NCBI GenBank assembly: GCA_963817895.1
Contig: CAWFQB010000002.1
Coordinates: 288,001-352,000, forward strand
Direction: 5' to 3'
DNA: 64,000 bases
Source: an uncultured Chthonomonadaceae bacterium
GTDB taxonomy: Bacteria > Armatimonadota > Chthonomonadetes > Chthonomonadales > Chthonomonadaceae
A program made the position numbers and the translations under genes. Below, piece by piece: positions 19,211-28,810 of the stretch; the stretch's first letter is position 1; each line of letters begins with the position of its first letter. The notes beneath the pieces are model-generated. The model saw only the letters and a list, made by a program, of their open reading frames with translations, searched no databases and was not told where the DNA came from.

Positions 19211-21255
19211 TCACCCGGAAGACTGTTGCTCACACCACGCCAATACATCGCCGAAGCGGTAGGCTTCCCATACGCCGAACATATCGTGGCGCGTTAGTTT
19301 GGCGCGGGTGAGGGCGGGACTGGTCAGGCCGCACAGGAAGCGGGTTGTCTGGCGGTTTTCGCCCAATGCGGCAGGGTTCGCGTCGCGCAGCCGGTCAAGC
19401 ATTTCTACGTCCAGACTGGCGGGAAGGGGCGGCAGCGCGTGGGGAAGCGGCAGAGTTTGCGCTTTCCCGGTCAGGCAGTACGCGCAATGCCCGCAGGGTT
19501 CCGCCCGCTGTTCGCCAAAATAGCCGACCAGCAAATTCGTCTGGCAGCCCGCATGGGTAATCAGGTTCAGCACATCCTGTAGGCGTTTCACTTCCATCTG
19601 TTCTCGCCGGACGAACTTTTGCGTCAGTTCGGATGCCAGCGCGTCTTTATCCACGTCCGGCTTCAGCAGCGTGTAGCGTTGCCGCGCATCCGAAACCGTG
19701 AGTTCCACCAGTCCCCGCTCTTCCAGGACTTCTACAGCGCGGACAATGCGTTTGCGTTCCTGCCCCAGCGTTTCCGCCATCTCGTCGGGATTGAGCCGAT
19801 ACCACAGGGAATTTTTGGTCTTGCCCTTTTGCGCATGAGCGAATAAATCCGCCACAAGCCGCGCCGCGTCACCCTTGAACTGACCGGTAATTTCTTCTAC
19901 CGTCTGCAACGGCTTCAGCGCGTATCCGGCATAAAACGGCGTCCCCTGTCGCAAAACCCCCTCCAACTCCAGATACGTCAGCGCGGTTCGCAAAACAAGC
20001 GGGCGCAGATCGTGACGATTGGCAAGTTCGTACAGATTTACGTTCAATTCGGGTGGTTGGTATTCGGTATTCGGTGTTCGGTGTTCGGCCTCTTCTCCTT
20101 CTTCTCCTTTTCTCCTTGTCTTCTCCTACTAATTCTTCCAGCAGTGACCGAAACGCGCCTGCGTCGGGCGTGTCGCCATACGCGAAGTTTTCCAGCGTGG
20201 CAACATCGTCGGGGCAGGCGAAGAGTTCTACGGTCGAGCGCAGGTTGTCGCGGCCCGCGCGTCCGATTTCCTGACTGTAACTTTCGAGGCTTTTGGGCAG
20301 ATTGTAGTGGTACACGTAGCGGACGTTCGCCTTGTCAATGCCCATGCCGAACGCGATGGTTGCCACCACGATATGCTGTTCGCCGCCCATCCACCACTCC
20401 TGTACCTGCGTCCGCTCCTCGGCTTCCATGCCCGCGTGATAGGCGCGGGCGGCAAACCCGGCAGCCGTCAGATGTTGGGCAACCGCTTCCGCCGTTTTTT
20501 GCAGCGTCACGTACACGATGGTCGGGCCGGGTTTGCGGGATTGCAGGCGTTTGAGCAGCAGGGCGTCGCGATCTTCCAGACGAACGGGCGTGGTGGCGAG
20601 GTTGAGATTGTGGCGGTAAAAGCCGGTGACAACGGAAGCCACAGCGGGAATGGCAAACACGGCGCAAATGTCGCGCACAACCGAAGGCGTAGCCGTCGCG
20701 GTCAGGGCAAGGACGCGCTGCGCCCCCAAACTTCGCGCCGCTTCCGCCAGTTTCAGGTAGTCGGGGCGGAAATTGTGTCCCCATTCCGAAATGCAGTGCG
20801 CCTCGTCAACCGCGAACAGGGCGATAGGCGTATGGCGAATGAGATTGAGAAACCGCTCGTTGTTGAAGCGTTCCGGGGCGACATACAGCAGTTTCAATGC
20901 GCCCGAACGCATGTCATCCGAAACCTGCTGCGATTCTTGCAGCGACAGCGACGAGATCCAGCCGAGCCGCCCGGATGCCATGCCGATGCAGAAAATCAAT
21001 CTGGTCTTTCATCAGAGCGATCAGGGGCGAGACGACAAGCGTAACGCCCTCGAACATCAGGGCGGGCAGTTGGTAGCACAGCGATTTGCCGCTCCCGGTG
21101 GGAAATACGGCCAGCGCCGCGCCCTCGGATTGCAGCGCGGCAATAACGGCTTCCTGTCCCGGTCGGAACGTATCAAACCCGAAATGCTTTTTGAGCCGTT
21201 CCCCCGGCGCGAGATCAGGATTGTCTTTTTGTGGAACCGGCGGCTTTGTCTTCAT
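19211..21255 (-). CDS. recQ: RecQ family ATP-dependent DNA helicase, split by two apparent frameshifts
   Basis: [63 protein letters not shown], Zn-binding CQ...CGHCAYC. Frame changes at about 20954 and 20100. Confidence 0.9.
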
Positions 21256-21629
21256 AGTCCTGTCGCAAACGTATCCAGCAGGGCTTGGGCGGAGTGGGAT
21301 TGATTCGCTATCCACCATTGCGCGTCGGTTTGGTGGCGCAGACGGTTGAGGGCGGCTTGCGCTGTCTGCACCTGCGCGTGGGTGACAGAGGGTGGCGGAA
21401 TGGCGGCAAGCGCGTGTTCTTCGGTCAGGGCCTCGTTGCCGCGCATGGTAGAGAGCAGGTCATCGGCGGCAATCAGTTTCGCGACCCGAATGTCCCTTGC
21501 GGTTTCAATATCGGTCAGGCTGCCGGTCAGGGCGGGCAGTCCGGCCTCGGCAATGGCGCGGACGGTGCGCGGCGACCCCGGCTCGTCCGTATCGGATACC
21601 TCGACGCCTCGCGTCTCATCGTAGGGCAT
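21252..21629 (-). CDS. Hypothetical protein translationally coupled to recQ
   Basis: GGAGGA RBS; ATGA overlap with the recQ start; LPALTGS...ARDIR and AQWWI motifs. Confidence 0.65.
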   Translation of the reverse strand: MPYDETRGVEVSDTDEPGSPRTVRAIAEAGLPALTGSLTDIETARDIRVAKLIAADDLLSTMRGNEALTEEHALAAIPPPSVTHAQVQTAQAALNRLRHQTDAQWWIANQSHSAQALLDTFATGL

Positions 21630-21965
21630 AGTTTCCTCCATCAGCGCCGTCCTGCTTGTTGCAAAATACAATTCGAGACAGGGTACAGGGGCGCGTTGCA
21701 TTCACAGGTTTTTCACACTATACGCGCCGGATGCCGCGATTATCAGCGACACAGGGACGGCCACGCGCCCCTATCAGGTAAAGCGCGTTCCTCCCCGCAG
21801 GCCATCCCGGTAAAATTAGTCATGGATGCGCGTTATTCCTGCAATCTAACCGCCTGTTTGCCACGTATATCCTGTGGAAGCGGTTTTCAGCGAAGACCAA
21901 TTTGACGCAAGATCAATTTAAGCAGCAACGTTAAGAACGAGCGTTGTCTGCAAAGGAGAAACAAC

Positions 21966-22441
21966 ATGCCTGCTCTGGATTTACGCGCGCAGTTGCGCGG
22001 GGGAACCGAACGCGCGAAGGGGTTGCTGGTGAAGGATTTGAACGCGATTGCGGAAGACAAACTGGACGAGACTCTCGGGCGGCGTGGCGCGCAATGCCAC
22101 GCATATCGTGGCCGAGTGCGCGGCGGTTAATGGCACAGGTGGCGAAATTTCTGGCGACCGGCGAGTTCGCGTCGCCGTCCGATGAGGAGCGCAAGGCGTA
22201 TTTCGCCGCCCATACCACGAAAGAAAGCGTTCTGAACGCGTTGGAAGAGCACACGCAGGCCCTGCTGTCCGCCATTGACGGTCTGGATGAAAACACGCTC
22301 GGCGACATCATTCCCGAAACTCCGCTCGGCCCGATGTCGCGCTTCGGCGTCGCTCAAATTGCCGCCATGCACATGATGTACCACGACGGCCAACTCAACT
22401 ACATCCAATCCCTGCACGGCGACGACAAAATGCACTGGTGA
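21966..22441 (+). CDS. DinB/YfiT-like four-helix protein (two apparent frameshifts)
   Basis: AAGGAG RBS; joining frames gives MPALDL...GGVARNATHIVAECAAVN...HMMYHDGQLNYIQSL; a paralog-like gene lies at 44022. Confidence 0.72.
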
Positions 22442-22509
22442 TGCCGTGTTGAGAATTGTCGCGGGGTCACTACGCATTAAACCCAATACTGTACAAATAA
22501 TGCTTGCAT

Positions 22510-22640
22510 CCGCGCATTGAAATGCGCGGCTGTGATAACGAAGTCCGCCTGCGCGGACTATACCGGCATCCAAAAGATTATCCCGCCTTCAGTCCGCGCA
22601 GGCGGACTTCGTTATCACAGCCGCGCATTTCAATGCGCGG
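22510..22640. repeat. Perfect 50-bp inverted repeat (REP doublet-like element)
   Basis: ccgcgcattgaaatgcgcggctgtgataacgaagtccgcctgcgcggact and its exact reverse complement about 30 bp downstream; each arm has internal palindromes. Confidence 0.88.
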
Positions 22641-22692
22641 CATTCCTGTAGCGTCATTTGTCTTCGCAAAAATCTTGGGAGCGGAAAATTTC

Positions 22693-23679
22693 ATGGAAAC
22701 TATTCGACTTGGCAAGACCGGCTTGAAGGTTTCGCGTATTTGTTTGGGATGCATGAGCTATGGCGTGCCGGAACGCGGCGCGCATCCCTGGTCGTTCAAT
22801 GAGGAGCAGAGCCGCCCCTTCCTTTCCCGCGCACTGGAATTGGGCATCAACTTCTTCGATACCGCCAATGTCTACTCGGATGGCACGAGCGAAGAGATCC
22901 TGGGACGGGCGATTCGAGATTTTGCCCGGCGGGAAGAAGTGGTCATTGCCACCAAAGCGCATGGCCGCATGCGCCCGGACGCGAACGGCGCGGGGCTGTC
23001 GCGCAAAGCGATCTTCAGCGAGATAGACGCCAGTTTGAAGCGGCTCGGCATGGACTATGTAGACCTGTACCAGACGCACCGCTGGGACAATGAGACGCCC
23101 ATCGAGGAGACTCTGGAAGCCCTGCACGATGTGGTGAAGGCGGGCAAAGCGCGTTACATCGGCGCGTCGTCCATGTATGCCTGGCAATTCTGCAAGGCGC
23201 TGTATATCGCCGATCTGCATGGCTGGACGCGCTTTGTGTCTATGCAAAACCACTACAACCTGCTGTACCGCGAAGAGGAGCGCGAAATGATGGGACTGTG
23301 CGCTTCAGAGGGCATCGGCGTGATTCCGTGGAGTCCCCTTGCGCGAGGCCGGGTGGCGCGTCCGTGGGAAGAGCGCGCGAGTACCGAACGGGCGGCAACA
23401 GACGCTTTCGGCAAAACGCTTTATGTTAGAACCGAAGAGTCGGATCGCTTTATCGTGGCGCGTATACAGGAGATCGCTGAAGCGCGGGGCGTTCCGATGG
23501 CGCAAATCGCGCTGGCGTGGATGCTTTCCAAACCGGTTATCACGGCCCCGATAGTGGGGGCAACCAAACCGCATCATCTTGAAGACGCCGCGAACGCGCT
23601 GAACATTGCGCTGACTCAGGAGGAGATTACCTCCCTGGAAGAACCCTACGTGCCGCATCCGGTAGGCGGCTTTTCCTAA
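22693..23679 (+). CDS. Aldo/keto reductase
   Basis: LGKTGLKVSRICLGCM, FDTANVYS, IATK, DLYQTHR, MQNHYNL, PWSPLARG. Confidence 0.93.
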   Translation: METIRLGKTGLKVSRICLGCMSYGVPERGAHPWSFNEEQSRPFLSRALELGINFFDTANVYSDGTSEEILGRAIRDFARREEVVIATKAHGRMRPDANGAGLSRKAIFSEIDASLKRLGMDYVDLYQTHRWDNETPIEETLEALHDVVKAGKARYIGASSMYAWQFCKALYIADLHGWTRFVSMQNHYNLLYREEEREMMGLCASEGIGVIPWSPLARGRVARPWEERASTERAATDAFGKTLYVRTEESDRFIVARIQEIAEARGVPMAQIALAWMLSKPVITAPIVGATKPHHLEDAANALNIALTQEEITSLEEPYVPHPVGGFS

Positions 23680-23716
23680 ACTTATATTTTCACTGCTAAG
23701 TTTGAAGTCAATCTTG

Positions 23717-24673
23717 ATGAAACACATTCTCAGCAAGCATGATGCGTCCGGCTGTGCGCAAACAACAACCTGTAACCGTACCATCGGATACCCACATTAT
23801 GCCTGTCGAACGCGCCTGATAAGCGGAATCCTGCTTGCGGCCATGGCGCTTATGCTGCCGGGGTGTCGCCGGAATACCGCGCGTGTCGCCCCGGTTAAAC
23901 CGATTGCGCCGCCGGTTGTGGCGGTTGCTATCCGCCCGCTTGCCGCGTTCAAGCCGTCCGCCCGAATTTTCGAGTACGGACGCTACGCGCCCAACCAGGT
24001 CGCCCTGACGTTCGATGCCGGCGCGGACGACTCCGCAGTGCAGGCGATCCTGGCCGAATTGAAGCAGCGGCATACGCGCTCCACGTTCTTTCTGACCGGC
24101 AAGTTTTGCGAACAGTATCCCGACTCGTGCCGCGCCATTGCCGATGCGGGCATGGAAATCGGCAACCACTCCTATTCGCATCCCCGGTTTACCAAACGCA
24201 GGGCCGCGCAAATTCAAACGCAGTTGGAACGCGGGGAACAGGCGATTACAAAAGCCTGCGGACAGAGCGCGAAGCCCCTGTTCCGCTTCCCCTACGGCGA
24301 TGAGAACAGGCGAACGCGCCAGACAGTGGCGCAGAACGGGTATCAGGCTATTGGCTGGTCGCTGGACTCGTGGGACAGCGTGGGCAAGCGCAAGTCCGCC
24401 GATTTCGTCGCCAAACGCATTGTCGCTAAAATCAAGCCGGGGAACATTGTCCTGATGCACGTCAGCTATCCCGAATCGGCAAGAGCCTTGCCGCGTATCT
24501 TCGCGTATCTGGATAAGCAGGGCCTCCAAAACGTTCCGGTCAGCGAATTGCTCCTTGCTCCGCAACAAGATATGAGATACGAGATACGAGATACGAGATA
24601 CAAGGTACAAGATACAAGCCGAACACCAACTACCGAATACCGAATACCTGAACACCGAACACCAAAACTATGA
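23717..24673 (+). CDS. Polysaccharide deacetylase (NodB/CE4), probable lipoprotein; start uncertain
   Basis: ALTFDAG, TFFLTG, GNHSYSHP, FRFPYG, IVLMH; LPGC lipobox-like motif; C-terminal tail encoded by heptamer repeats. Confidence 0.85.
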   Translation: MKHILSKHDASGCAQTTTCNRTIGYPHYACRTRLISGILLAAMALMLPGCRRNTARVAPVKPIAPPVVAVAIRPLAAFKPSARIFEYGRYAPNQVALTFDAGADDSAVQAILAELKQRHTRSTFFLTGKFCEQYPDSCRAIADAGMEIGNHSYSHPRFTKRRAAQIQTQLERGEQAITKACGQSAKPLFRFPYGDENRRTRQTVAQNGYQAIGWSLDSWDSVGKRKSADFVAKRIVAKIKPGNIVLMHVSYPESARALPRIFAYLDKQGLQNVPVSELLLAPQQDMRYEIRDTRYKVQDTSRTPTTEYRIPEHRTPKL

Positions 24674-25375
24674 CCGAACTCCAGCAACCCTCCCTGTCAC
24701 AGCCGCCCCTGCTGCACACGTCTGCGGGCGAATCGTTTCCCCTGCACGAGTACCATTTGCGCCTTGCCGGGCGCGAATGGACGATTTTGCATACGGGCGT
24801 GATTCTGACCTATACGGATGAACTGCAATTCTTCAAGGAACTGCTCGACCACATTCCTTACGGTGTCGCGCTGTGGCCTGCCGCGATTGCGCTGGCCTAC
24901 GAACTCGCCTCGCGGGGGGAGGAACTAAAGGGTAAAACCGTGCTGGAACTGGGCGCGGGAACCGGACTGCCGGGGATTGTGGCCGCGTCCCTGGGCGCTA
25001 CAGTGCGTACAAACGGATCGGCAGGAACTGGCAATGACTGTGTGCAAGCGCAACGCCCAACAGAACAACATCCGGGGATTGGAACATCGGTTGGTGGATT
25101 GGGAGAACTGGCAGGACGAAGCGCGTTACGACTGGATACTCGGCTCCGACATTCTGTACGGCGAACCGATGCACCCGCATTTAAAGCGCATTTTCGAGAC
25201 GAACCTCGCGCCCGGTGGCCGTATTTTGGTTGCCGATCCGTTCAGGGGAACCAGTCTAAAGTTGATGGAAACGCTTCAAGAACAGAACTGGAAAATAGAA
25301 ATCTCTAAATGGAGTTTGGGCGACGAAGCCAACCCGCGTCCCATCGGCATTTTTGAACTATTAAAACCGTCGTAA
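24670..25375 (+). CDS. Class I SAM-dependent methyltransferase (Methyltransf_16-like), one apparent frameshift
   Basis: PYGVALWPAAIALA, VLELGAGTGLPG, then QTD...DWILGSDILY in the next frame after about 25005. Confidence 0.85.
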
Positions 25376-25514
25376 TCCGTTGATTCATTTCGCGCTACGC
25401 GCAGACATACAGGAAACAAGAACAATTTTGAATTAGAACCCCTTCCCCCAAGTTCCGTATTTCTAATTCTGTATTCTCCTGCGTGTTTAGCATGGTTGTT
25501 AATATCGACAGAGT

Positions 25515-25790
25515 TCAGGGGCGCAGGCCGCGTTCGCGCAGGAGGGCATCTGCCCAAAGCGCATCGTCACCCGTCAGCGGCGGGTCTGCTTCCTCTGTGT
25601 AGAGAATCTGACGGTCATACGCGCCTGCGTCATAAGACAGGTTCAGTACGGCTTGCAGGTCCAAAATAACAGAGGGGTCGCCTTCGGCAAGCGGAACTTC
25701 CACGCGGGGGAGGCGATTGCGCAGGGCATTGAGCCAGACAGCGTACTCGAAAGGCCGCGCCCCGCGATGCAGGCAGACAATGTAATTCCA
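25515..25790 (-). pseudogene. C-terminal fragment of a DUF4058-like protein
   Basis: YIVCLHR...LRNRLPRVEVPL...LDLQAVLNLSYDAGAY...DPPL...WAD; N-terminal part absent. Confidence 0.6.
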
Positions 25791-25989
25791 GACACTATCT
25801 GCGGGCAGAATCGCTCTGGGGCACAATCAATATATTATGAATTCCCCGCCAATCGTAGCATTCTTCCAGATAGGGGTTCATGCCGGGAAATGGATTAGGC
25901 ATTATGTGGTTCTCCTTTTCCAAACCCGCTTTGCCGCCGCGCCATAAATTGTTTGTTAAACCTACAGGGCTACCGAAATACCAGAATGC

Positions 25990-26046
25990 TCAGGCTAATT
26001 GTGTTACCAGACGTGGAGAAAGGTTGTGGTCGAAGAGCAGTTTCAT
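25990..26046 (-). pseudogene. 5' remnant of a DUF5615 PIN-like toxin gene
   Basis: ATG AAA CTG CTC TTC GAC CAC AAC CTT, then (S)PRLVTQLA* after a 1-nt shift, giving the MKLLFDHNLSPRL N-terminus typical of DUF5615. Confidence 0.6.
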
Positions 26047-26110
26047 GAGTTCCATACTTTTTCTGCTGTTACTTTATGGAAAGAAAAAGGCAGCAACAAA
26101 ATTCCAACTT

Positions 26111-26590
26111 CTACAACAGCCATAGATGCGGCAATTCTTTAGAATTATCAAGATAATAGTTCAAAGGACTGTTGACAAGGCTACTGTCAAAGTTGCCGGG
26201 GGCTTGCAAGCCGGCAATATCCGGTAGCCATGTTGCTACTGCGACCTCCACGTCTTCTTCACGTTCCACAAACATGCGCTGAACGCGCGTTGTTTCGTCC
26301 GCCAGAACGTAGTCGTAGTCCCAACCCCAATCGCTGTTGGTATATTTGGCATGATGCCGTAGATAACGCGCTTCATAGCCGCTGATGAACGATGGCGAAC
26401 GCAGTGTCGGCTGGCGGTGAAAGCGGTTATCCCAATCGCCTTCCGTCCACGCTTCGGGATGTGCGCGGAGGTCAGGAACTTGCGGCAGCACGACAACAAA
26501 AGCGCGGAAATCTGCCTGTGGCGCAGGTAACTCGGCGGCAATATTGCGCCCCATGCGTAGCCTGTCAAGCATTTCAGCAGAAATCGGCAT
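26111..26590 (-). CDS. Hypothetical protein
   Basis: About 160 aa ORF in an accessory stretch; no family recognised. Confidence 0.6.
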   Translation of the reverse strand: MPISAEMLDRLRMGRNIAAELPAPQADFRAFVVVLPQVPDLRAHPEAWTEGDWDNRFHRQPTLRSPSFISGYEARYLRHHAKYTNSDWGWDYDYVLADETTRVQRMFVEREEDVEVAVATWLPDIAGLQAPGNFDSSLVNSPLNYYLDNSKELPHLWLL

Positions 26591-26679
26591 TTTCTTCAAA
26601 TTCTCACAAGTAATTCATGTGAGTAGTAGAACTACTTTTTCGTAGTTTCGCCATCAGGCAAAAGTTATTAAAGCTGGTA

Positions 26680-27034
26680 TCAGTCCCACCAGAGTACGAG
26701 AACACGCCCTTCCCGGCCCCCACCCATGCGCCGGTTTACTTCTTGTTCTGACAGCCAACATGTCGTATCGGCATGCCAACTGTTCGCCACTTCTTCTAAC
26801 GCGGAGTCGTTCGCGCCGGAAGCAAGAATGTAAAGGGTATCGGCGTTCCAACGATCCTCTTCCAGATCGCGCAGGCAAATCAATTCGGAAGGATAATCGC
26901 GAGTCAGCAGGCAGGCTCGCCACCAATCTTGATGCGCGCAAATCCGCAGCGACTCGTTCTCCCTCCATCGCGTTGTAGTTCGTACTTTCAATAAGCCGCA
27001 GTTGCAGTTCCTGAATTCTGCTGATAGCCACCAA
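26680..27034 (-). CDS. Hypothetical protein (one apparent frameshift)
   Basis: VAISRIQELQLRLIESTNYNAMEGERVAADL joins HQDWWRACL...LRDLEEDRWNADTLYIL...LVLWWD across a GC-dinucleotide run at about 26935. Confidence 0.65.
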
Positions 27035-27301
27035 TTACGCCTCCTCGTTTGCTCGTATCTGCTGTTCAATTTCCGCGTGATGCGCGCGTACATACGCCCA
27101 AGCATGAGTCAGATCACTGGCATGAAGCGTGGGGTATGCGCAGAGCAGATCGGCTTCACTAATGCCGAGCCGCCACGCCTGCTCCAATGTCCAAACCGGA
27201 ATGCGCGTACCAGCAATGCAGGGTTCTCCCCCGCATACTCCGACTGTACTTTCAATACCGGGAAAGGTTTCGCCCAAATCATTGGCGACCCATTGCAGCA
27301 A
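27035..27301 (-). CDS. DUF433 family protein (putative antitoxin), possibly N-terminally truncated
   Basis: PGIESTVGVCGGEPCIAGTRIPVW...LLCAYPTL...AWAY; GGAGGT RBS before TTG 27301. Confidence 0.8.
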   Translation of the reverse strand: MLQWVANDLGETFPGIESTVGVCGGEPCIAGTRIPVWTLEQAWRLGISEADLLCAYPTLHASDLTHAWAYVRAHHAEIEQQIRANEEA

Positions 27302-27411
27302 CTGTGTGACCTCCGCGTTGCGAATCGCAATCTTGCCGGACGAGAAAACTTGAAGTATACTAACATCAAGAGGCGGCGTAACCGGAAGCGTTTCAGCCGT
27401 CGAGAGTGGGG

Positions 27412-27502
27412 GAACATCTGCCGTTCGGTCAGCATCTCGGCGATCATGCGGGCGTATACTTTCGGACGGAAGTAGAACCGCCTGTACATGCGCTCTACCG
27501 CG
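27412..27502 (-). repeat. 91-bp diverged duplicate of part of the hpnJ 3' region (matches 28907-28997)
   Basis: 84/91 identical by manual alignment. Confidence 0.9.
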
Positions 27503-27503
27503 C

Positions 27504-27740
27504 CTATTCAGGTCGTCCGAAATACAAAGCATGTTCGTATGTTGTCGTTTCTGCTCCAACCATCTCCCAACCCTCTTCACCGAGTTGTGCAATCAAGCAT
27601 GCAACATTATCGTCGAAGTTGCTTCTGTACATATGAGTGATTTTTATTCAAATGGAAGTCTGGTTGGAAAAGCAGGCGCTAGTTTGATGTTTCATGTCAT
27701 CATACATATTAGTAATTACACAATACTTCCACTTCTGCAT
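27504..27740 (-). pseudogene. DUF4177-like small protein with an internal TGA
   Basis: MQKWKYCVI...TSI*IKI...LIAQLGEEGWEMVG...LYFGRPE*; GGGAG RBS; not in the ORF track. Confidence 0.6.
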
Positions 27741-27846
27741 GTTTTCTCCCTCCCGCTCTTCTCGTTGTACTTTGCTGTCGAATTGGAACCGAGGTATGCT
27801 CAAAAGAGCGGTTCTATGGAACAATCACAGTTGCAGCGAAACCGGA

Positions 27847-28311
27847 TCAATCGGCGTACCAGCAGTTCACAGCATCAACAATCGCCTCTACGGTCTGACT
27901 GGTCAAAAGAGTCAACGTCGTGTTGGGGTTTGTACGCAAGCGCTTACCCGCTTTTTCACAAACGGGTTCCAGCAGCCAGCGCCAGGTGATTTCGTTGCTG
28001 ACGACGTTCACAACCATTTCACATACAGGGAATTCCGCTTCAGACAGTAACTGCTGGCGCGTGGGCTTGCTGCGTCCGTTTCTGGCTTGACGAGCAAATT
28101 CAGGGTCTACAGACGCAGGAAGTATCCCCTTCACTCGAATTCCGAACGGTCTTTTGCGACCTGCGCCGACCATCGCTCGTAGATCGTAGGCGTCGTCATT
28201 CGAGGGTACGAGATTTATATCTGAACGGCGGGTTAGATGCACGATGACTAGCGCCTCGGCACGCCCCGCAACCAGATTCGCTTCCATTGTGGGCATGACT
28301 ATTACCTCCAT
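27847..28311 (-). CDS. DUF4365-like (PD-(D/E)xK-like) protein with a degenerate motif
   Basis: GRAEAL...YDLRA...FGIRVKG; overlaps the upstream paralog. Confidence 0.55.
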   Translation of the reverse strand: MEVIVMPTMEANLVAGRAEALVIVHLTRRSDINLVPSNDDAYDLRAMVGAGRKRPFGIRVKGILPASVDPEFARQARNGRSKPTRQQLLSEAEFPVCEMVVNVVSNEITWRWLLEPVCEKAGKRLRTNPNTTLTLLTSQTVEAIVDAVNCWYAD

Positions 28312-28802
28312 TCCGCATCGACAAACGATGATGTAAGTTTTGGCAGCGCAGACGCTGTCCAGAAGGCGAAGACTTCATTCCATAACGCCTGTCGGTTTAC
28401 AGCATTGATGGGACAATCTACGCTCATGCTTGACAGAGGGTTCAGCGTTTCTCCATTGGCGGATACAATGTATGCTGCCTTGTCGAAATCATTGACGCCG
28501 ACAATGTAAGTCGGTATGGAATACAGATTTAAACGGCGCACATCCTCGCGCTTTACCTTGACGTTCAGCCGCGTATTATCAGCAGAGTAGCCGCGGCGCG
28601 TGGTTTTTACCTGAACGAAGAAAAAAGGCCGAACGCCAGATGTGCCCACCAGTTCCACAATGAAATCAACAGTCTCCCACTTCTCTCCCAGATAAGCCGC
28701 AGCAAAGAGCGGACGTTCTCCCCTGCCGAAAGTATGGAACTCCGTAATGAGCGCATAAAAGAGAGCTTCGCCTCTCGCGCCAATCGCGTCATTTACGTTC
28801 AT
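28302..28802 (-). CDS. DUF4365 family PD-(D/E)xK nuclease-like protein
   Basis: IGARGEALF, VDFIVEL, FFVQVKTT, PTYIVGV, LWNEVFAFW. Confidence 0.7.
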   Translation of the reverse strand: MNVNDAIGARGEALFYALITEFHTFGRGERPLFAAAYLGEKWETVDFIVELVGTSGVRPFFFVQVKTTRRGYSADNTRLNVKVKREDVRRLNLYSIPTYIVGVNDFDKAAYIVSANGETLNPLSSMSVDCPINAVNRQALWNEVFAFWTASALPKLTSSFVDAEWR

Positions 28803-28810
28803 GGTTTAGT

